Positions 27,751 through 32,000 of a stretch of DNA of 32,000 nucleotides are shown here, piece after piece; the first letter of the stretch is position 1, and the number at the start of each line of letters is the position of its first letter. Both the position numbers and the translations under genes were made by a program. The notes beneath the pieces are model-generated. The model had not been told where the DNA came from and ran no database searches. It saw only the letters and a program-made list of their open reading frames with translations. Origin of the DNA: Archaeoglobus fulgidus DSM 4304 (lineage in GTDB: Archaea > Halobacteriota > Archaeoglobi > Archaeoglobales > Archaeoglobaceae); the NCBI RefSeq assembly GCF_000008665.1, contig NC_000917.1, forward strand, positions 1,560,001 through 1,592,000. Reading direction: 5' to 3'.

Positions 27751-28761
27751 ATGTCGTCACTGCCGGCTTACATAATAACAAGGTTTTTAATGGTAATACC
27801 GACGGTGCTAATCCTTTTGACCATCGTTTTCCTGATACTCAGAATTATCCCCGGCGACCCGATAACGGCGATGGTGGGGCAGAAGGTTCCGGAAGAGGTA
27901 TTGGAGAAGCTTCGGCATGAGGCAGGGCTGGACAAACCATACCACGAGCAGTACATTGAGTACCTTAAGGGTGTATTCACAGGTGACCTCGGAAAGTCCA
28001 TGATCTGGGGGAAGAGACCTGTAATTGCCGAAATCATGGACCACTTTCCCGCTACGCTTGAATTGACGATATTTGGCTTCATTTTGAGCGTTCTGATAGG
28101 AGTTGCCACTGGCTCGATTGCGGCCTTCAGAAGGGGCAGCAAGGTTGATTCTGGGATGAGGATTTACAGCATTGTCGCCTACACGCTCTTCATCCCTTGG
28201 TTTGGAATGCTTCTGCAAATGCTTTTCGGGGTTTATCTGAAAGTTCTGCCAATTGGCGGTAGAATAACGCCCGGAAACACTCCAGAGACAATCACAGGGC
28301 TTTACGTTCTTGACAGCATTTTAACGCTGAACTTTAACTCTCTTATCGATGCCCTCGCCCACCTCGCACTGCCTGCAATAACACTCGGAATTGTTCTTTC
28401 AGGGGCCTACACAAGATTGCTGAGAAACAACCTGATTGACGTGCTCAGTCAGGACTTCATTAAAGCTTACAGGGCGAGGGGAGTGAGGAACAGAAAAGTC
28501 GTCTTTCATGCGATGAAGAACGCGTTCATCCCCGTCGTTACGCTGATGGGTCTCCAGTTCGCCATTCTTCTGGCTGGAGCGGTGCTTACGGAATCAACCT
28601 TCTCGTGGCCGGGGATGGGAACTTTCCTGATTGAGAGGATAGAGTACAGGGACTACACCTCCGTTCAGGGGGCGATAGTCTTCTATGCAGTCTTTGTAGC
28701 GCTAATCAGCCTTGTGGTGGATGTGATTTACGCGTTACTTGACCCAAGGATAAGATACTGA
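27751..28761 (+). CDS. dppB: ABC transporter permease (DppB/OppB family)
   Basis: The ORF track start at 27697 is GTG. I prefer ATG 27751 (MSSLPAYIITRFLMVIPTVLILLTIVFLILRIIPGDP), a typical N-terminus, about 30 nt downstream of the TATA-like sequence ataaatttttaag. The EAA-type loop is DFIKAYRARGVRNRKVVFHAMKNA and the C-terminus is DVIYALLDPRIRY. Confidence 0.9.
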   Translation: MSSLPAYIITRFLMVIPTVLILLTIVFLILRIIPGDPITAMVGQKVPEEVLEKLRHEAGLDKPYHEQYIEYLKGVFTGDLGKSMIWGKRPVIAEIMDHFPATLELTIFGFILSVLIGVATGSIAAFRRGSKVDSGMRIYSIVAYTLFIPWFGMLLQMLFGVYLKVLPIGGRITPGNTPETITGLYVLDSILTLNFNSLIDALAHLALPAITLGIVLSGAYTRLLRNNLIDVLSQDFIKAYRARGVRNRKVVFHAMKNAFIPVVTLMGLQFAILLAGAVLTESTFSWPGMGTFLIERIEYRDYTSVQGAIVFYAVFVALISLVVDVIYALLDPRIRY

Positions 28762-28770
28762 GGTGGTGGA

Positions 28771-29631
28771 ATGGCGGAAGTCAGAAATCTCGCAACAACA
28801 ATCTTCAGCTTCCTTCCAGAGGCGGAAGGGAGGTACATGGTCATTTCGGGACTTGCGATAATCATCACTGTCGCATTGATGGCGGTCTTTGCCCCCTTCA
28901 TCGCCCCCTACGACCCTATAAAGTCGGGAAAGGACGTTCTGCAGCCTCCAAGTGCTGAGCACATCATGGGAACGGATAATCTCGGCAGGGATGTTTTTTC
29001 GAGAATCGTTTTCGGCTCAAGAGTTGTTCTTGCCGTTGTACTGTCAGCCTCTCTTGTTTCAACGGTTATTGGCGTCCCTCTCGGCCTCATTTCCGGATAC
29101 TTTGGCGGAAAGCTTGACAGGCTGCTCTCAATGCTGATGGACAGCATGTACGCATTTCCCGGCCTGATTCTGGCAATTGCAATTGCTGCTGTTCTTGGGC
29201 CAAGTGTTTTCAACGCTGTTGTGGCAATCTCTGTTGTTTACGTTCCCACATACTTCAGGATGATTAGGGGGCAGACGCTGAGCGTCAAATCCCTGCTGTT
29301 TGTTGAGGCTGCAAAGGCTGCAGGAGCGAGCGACTGGAGGATAATGAGGAAGTACATTTTCCCCAACCTCATTCCAACCCTCGTGGTAGTCTTCTCCCTG
29401 AGCGTAGCTGATGCGATTCTCACTGAGGCAGGATTAAGCTTTCTTGGATTCATAGTGAGCGCTCCCACTCCTGACTGGGGATTTGAGCTCGCTTCGGGAA
29501 GGCCATACCTGCCTGCGGGCTACTGGTGGATGATTACCTTCCCCGGGCTGATGGTGATGCTGCTCTCTCTCGGCTTTGCATTAGTTGGAGAGGGGCTCAG
29601 TGAGATATACGCACCAAGGAGGGAGAGATGA
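28771..29631 (+). CDS. dppC: ABC transporter permease (DppC/OppC family)
   Basis: HIMGTDNLGRDVFSRIVFGSR and FVEAAKAAGASDWRIMRKYIFPN are typical of DppC/OppC. Confidence 0.9.
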   Translation: MAEVRNLATTIFSFLPEAEGRYMVISGLAIIITVALMAVFAPFIAPYDPIKSGKDVLQPPSAEHIMGTDNLGRDVFSRIVFGSRVVLAVVLSASLVSTVIGVPLGLISGYFGGKLDRLLSMLMDSMYAFPGLILAIAIAAVLGPSVFNAVVAISVVYVPTYFRMIRGQTLSVKSLLFVEAAKAAGASDWRIMRKYIFPNLIPTLVVVFSLSVADAILTEAGLSFLGFIVSAPTPDWGFELASGRPYLPAGYWWMITFPGLMVMLLSLGFALVGEGLSEIYAPRRER

Positions 29632-30569
29632 TGCTGCTGGACATAGAGAACCTGACGACAATCTTCAGAACCCGCAGAGGTGTTGTGAGGGCGGTGGACA
29701 ACGTCAGCATGTCCGTTGAAAAGGGCGAGTTCATATCCATTGTTGGAGAGAGCGGTTGCGGTAAATCGACCCTCGCCCACTCCGTTATGAGGCTGATTGA
29801 TTATCCCGGCGAGATTTCGGGCGGTAAGATAATTTTTGATGGCGTTGATTTGCTCTCTTTAGGCGATGAGGAGATGAGGGAAATCAGGGGGAGCAAGATA
29901 GGGATGGTCTTTCAGGACCCAATGACCAGCCTTGACCCCCTTGAGAAAATAGGAGACCAGATTTCTGAAACAATCATGGAGCACATGGATGTTACGAAGA
30001 AAGAGGCGTGGCAGATGGCGAGGGAGATGCTTGAGAAGGTGGGCCTTCAGCCTGAGAGGGTTGATTCATACCCTCATCAGCTCAGCGGTGGCCAGAGGCA
30101 GAGAGTTATGATTGCGATGGCCATAAGCCTCAATCCCAAGCTTTTGATTGCAGATGAGCCAACTACTGCTCTTGACGTCATAGTTCAGGAGAAAATAATG
30201 GACTTGCTGGAGGACATGAAGAGGGAGGGCAGGGCTGTGATGCTAATCACCCACGACTTCGCCTTGGCTGCGGAGAGAAGCGACAGGATTGCGGTTATGT
30301 ATGCTGGCTGGCTCGTTGAGCTTGGCAAGGCTGAGAAACTGACGAATGAACCGCTCCACCCCTACACGAAAGGTTTAATTCAGTCCGTTCCCGATGTGTG
30401 GATGGATAAGGAAATCAAGCCCCTCCCCGGCTTCCCGCCCGACCTCATAAACCCACCAGAAGGATGCAGGTTCAGGCCGAGGTGCTCTGAAGCTTCGAAG
30501 AGGTGCATGAAGGAGCCGCCAGAGTTCGAAGTTGACGGAAGGGTTGTGAAGTGCTGGCTCTACGGGTGA
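29628..30569 (+). CDS. dppD: ABC transporter ATP-binding protein (DppD/OppD family)
   Basis: Walker A is GESGCGKST, the signature is LSGGQRQR and Walker B is LLIADEPTTALD. The C-terminal oligopeptide-transporter domain carries a Cys motif, GCRFRPRCSEASKRC...KC. An ATGA overlap links it to dppC. Confidence 0.92.
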   Translation: MMLLDIENLTTIFRTRRGVVRAVDNVSMSVEKGEFISIVGESGCGKSTLAHSVMRLIDYPGEISGGKIIFDGVDLLSLGDEEMREIRGSKIGMVFQDPMTSLDPLEKIGDQISETIMEHMDVTKKEAWQMAREMLEKVGLQPERVDSYPHQLSGGQRQRVMIAMAISLNPKLLIADEPTTALDVIVQEKIMDLLEDMKREGRAVMLITHDFALAAERSDRIAVMYAGWLVELGKAEKLTNEPLHPYTKGLIQSVPDVWMDKEIKPLPGFPPDLINPPEGCRFRPRCSEASKRCMKEPPEFEVDGRVVKCWLYG

Positions 30570-30573
30570 TAGA

Positions 30574-31545
30574 ATGCTGAGAGTTGAGAACCTCAAGAAG
30601 TACTTCCCCGTTCAGAAATCCGTTCTGGAGGTTTTGCTGAGCGGAAGAAGGGACTTTGTGAGAGCTGTCGATGGCGTAAGCTTCGAAATGAAGCAGGGTG
30701 AGGTACTTTCCCTCGTTGGGGAGAGCGGGTGCGGGAAGACGACGACGGGCAGAATCATCGTCGGACTGGAAAGGCCGACGAGCGGGAAGATTTACTTCAA
30801 GGACAGAGAGATTACCTCCCTCAGCGAGGAAGAGCAGAGGAGGATGAAGAGGCATATCCAGATGGTCTTTCAGGACCCCTACGCCTCCCTAAACCCGAGG
30901 ATGAAGATTGGGGAGCACCTCGTTGAGTCCCTCACAATTCACGGAATTGCGGAGAATGATGAGGCAAGGGAAATGGCCATGTCGATGCTGGACAGAGTTG
31001 GACTGCCGGGGGAGCAGTTCTTCAACAGAATGCCCTATCAGCTCAGCGGTGGCCAGAGGCAGAGGGTTGCGATAGCGAGGGCGATGATTCTCAAGCCCGA
31101 CTTCGTCGTTGCGGATGAGCCGGTTTCAATGATTGACGTCAGCCTGAGGGCTGCGATTCTTGACCTGCTCATGTCCTTCAGGGATGAGTACAATCTGAGC
31201 ATGCTCTTCATAACTCACGACCTGTCAGTTGCGAGGATTGTGGGCGATAGAATTGCGGTGATGTACCTCGGAAAAATAATGGAAATCGGAAAGACGAGGG
31301 AGGTTATACACAATCCAAGGCATCCCTACACCGCAGCTCTGCTTTCCTCAGTTCCGAGCTTCGTGAAAAAGGGGAGAAAAGTGGAAATTATTGGAGACAT
31401 TGCAAATCCCATCGATATTCCCTCAGGGTGCAGATACCACCCACGCTGCCCCTTTGCGAGGGAGAAGTGCAAGAAAGAGGAGCCCGAGCTGGAAGGCGGG
31501 GAGCACAGCTTTGCCTGCCACTATCCGCTGGAGGGCGGGTTTTAG
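30574..31545 (+). CDS. dppF: ABC transporter ATP-binding protein (DppF/OppF family)
   Basis: Walker A is GESGCGKTT, the signature is LSGGQRQR and Walker B is FVVADEPVSMID. The C-terminal Cys motif is GCRYHPRCPFAREKC...AC. Confidence 0.92.
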   Translation: MLRVENLKKYFPVQKSVLEVLLSGRRDFVRAVDGVSFEMKQGEVLSLVGESGCGKTTTGRIIVGLERPTSGKIYFKDREITSLSEEEQRRMKRHIQMVFQDPYASLNPRMKIGEHLVESLTIHGIAENDEAREMAMSMLDRVGLPGEQFFNRMPYQLSGGQRQRVAIARAMILKPDFVVADEPVSMIDVSLRAAILDLLMSFRDEYNLSMLFITHDLSVARIVGDRIAVMYLGKIMEIGKTREVIHNPRHPYTAALLSSVPSFVKKGRKVEIIGDIANPIDIPSGCRYHPRCPFAREKCKKEEPELEGGEHSFACHYPLEGGF

Positions 31546-31627
31546 GCTTGGAAAATCCTAATAGTTAATTGTTAAAAGTTATCCCACATTTAAAAAAATT
31601 TTAATAGTTCTCACTCTAATTAACAAT

Positions 31628-32000
31628 ATGCTTGGTGTGGAAGGAAAGAGCATAACAGAAATTGACGAGAAGGAGATAAACAGGATCTGGCTAAAGCACT
31701 ACGATGAAGGAGTTAGGCCCAACATTGACTACCCCGAAATTCCGCTGTATCAGCTTCTGGAGGATACGGCGAAGAAGTATCCCGACAAGACCGCGCTGAT
31801 TTTCTTCGGAAAGAAAATCACGTACAGAGAGCTTGACGAGATGAGCGACAGAATTGCAGGTTTTTTGAAGAGCCTCGGCATTAAGAAAGGAGACAGGGTC
31901 ATTCTGGACCTCCCGAACGTGCCTCAGTATGTTGCGGCCTACTACGGAATTTTAAAGGTCGGCGCGACCGTTGTGCAGTGCAACCCTCTCTATACTGAGA
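31628..32000 (+). CDS. fadD: Acyl-CoA synthetase / long-chain-fatty-acid-CoA ligase (AMP-binding family), N-terminal part only
   Basis: Absent from the ORF track because it runs off the window. My translation from ATG 31628 reads MLGVEGKSITEIDEKEINRIWLKHYDEGVRPNIDYPEIPLYQLLEDTAKKYPDKTALIFFGKKITYRELDEMSDRIAGFLKSLGIKKGDRVILDLPNVPQYVAAYYGILKVGATVVQCNPLYTE. This is the canonical FadD-type N-terminus. Confidence 0.8.
   Translation, partial: MLGVEGKSITEIDEKEINRIWLKHYDEGVRPNIDYPEIPLYQLLEDTAKKYPDKTALIFFGKKITYRELDEMSDRIAGFLKSLGIKKGDRVILDLPNVPQYVAAYYGILKVGATVVQCNPLYTE

Noticed and set aside
30076-30103. A 28-nt exact repeat, atcagctcagcggtggccagaggcagag, also present at 31037..31064
   Set aside because: Both copies encode the ABC signature (Q)LSGGQRQR in the paralogous dppD and dppF genes. 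Paralogy and codon bias, or minor gene conversion, explain it. It is not a mobile or regulatory repeat.

Overview
This is a gene-dense archaeal chromosomal segment with about 37 protein genes and no rRNA, tRNA, CRISPR array or obvious IS element. Many genes have a TATA-like box 22-30 nt upstream of the ATG, so transcripts are probably leaderless. Neighbouring genes often overlap by ATGA or TGATG. Gene order and protein sequences match my recollection of Archaeoglobus fulgidus DSM 4304 around AF1738-AF1772 (CarS AF1740, Amt-2/GlnK-2 AF1746/47, Amt-3/GlnK-3 AF1749/50, lipase AF1763). That is memory, not a database search.

Content from left to right:
- A YyaL-like thioredoxin-domain protein (partial) and an FAD oxidoreductase.
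- A 368-aa unknown protein.
- CDP-archaeol synthase fused by overlap to pyrE.
- Two divergent regulators: a wHTH fused to an SBP-like domain, and an Lrp/AsnC protein with a Cys-rich tail. The Lrp/AsnC gene is coupled to a CDP-alcohol phosphatidyltransferase.
- An RHH regulator divergent from two amt-glnK pairs, which are separated by an MBL hydrolase.
- A minus-strand lysophospholipase/FGGY-kinase/ApgM operon.
- azlCD and a CGGC-domain protein.
- An AT-rich two-gene cassette encoding a caspase-fold peptidase-like protein and a small membrane protein, next to decayed gene fragments.
- DacZ-type diadenylate cyclase divergent from a tandem-USP gene plus an orphan LeuD-like gene.
- A secreted lipase, dCMP deaminase and a TatD-like hydrolase.
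- An SBP-PAS-PAS sensor that lacks a kinase catalytic domain.
- A dpp-type ABC transporter, and the start of an acyl-CoA ligase.

I found no clear multi-gene novel system. The most unusual observations are:
- The dpp substrate-binding lipoprotein appears circularly permuted relative to canonical family-5 SBPs.
- The AT-rich peptidase-like cassette has its signal peptide in a different frame.
- dacZ and the USP gene share a 52-bp bidirectional promoter.
- The same TTGTGAA-N13-TTGT(G/T)AA direct repeat sits upstream of both amt genes.

All function calls rest on motif and family recognition by eye. No HMM or BLAST search was run and no GC content was computed.
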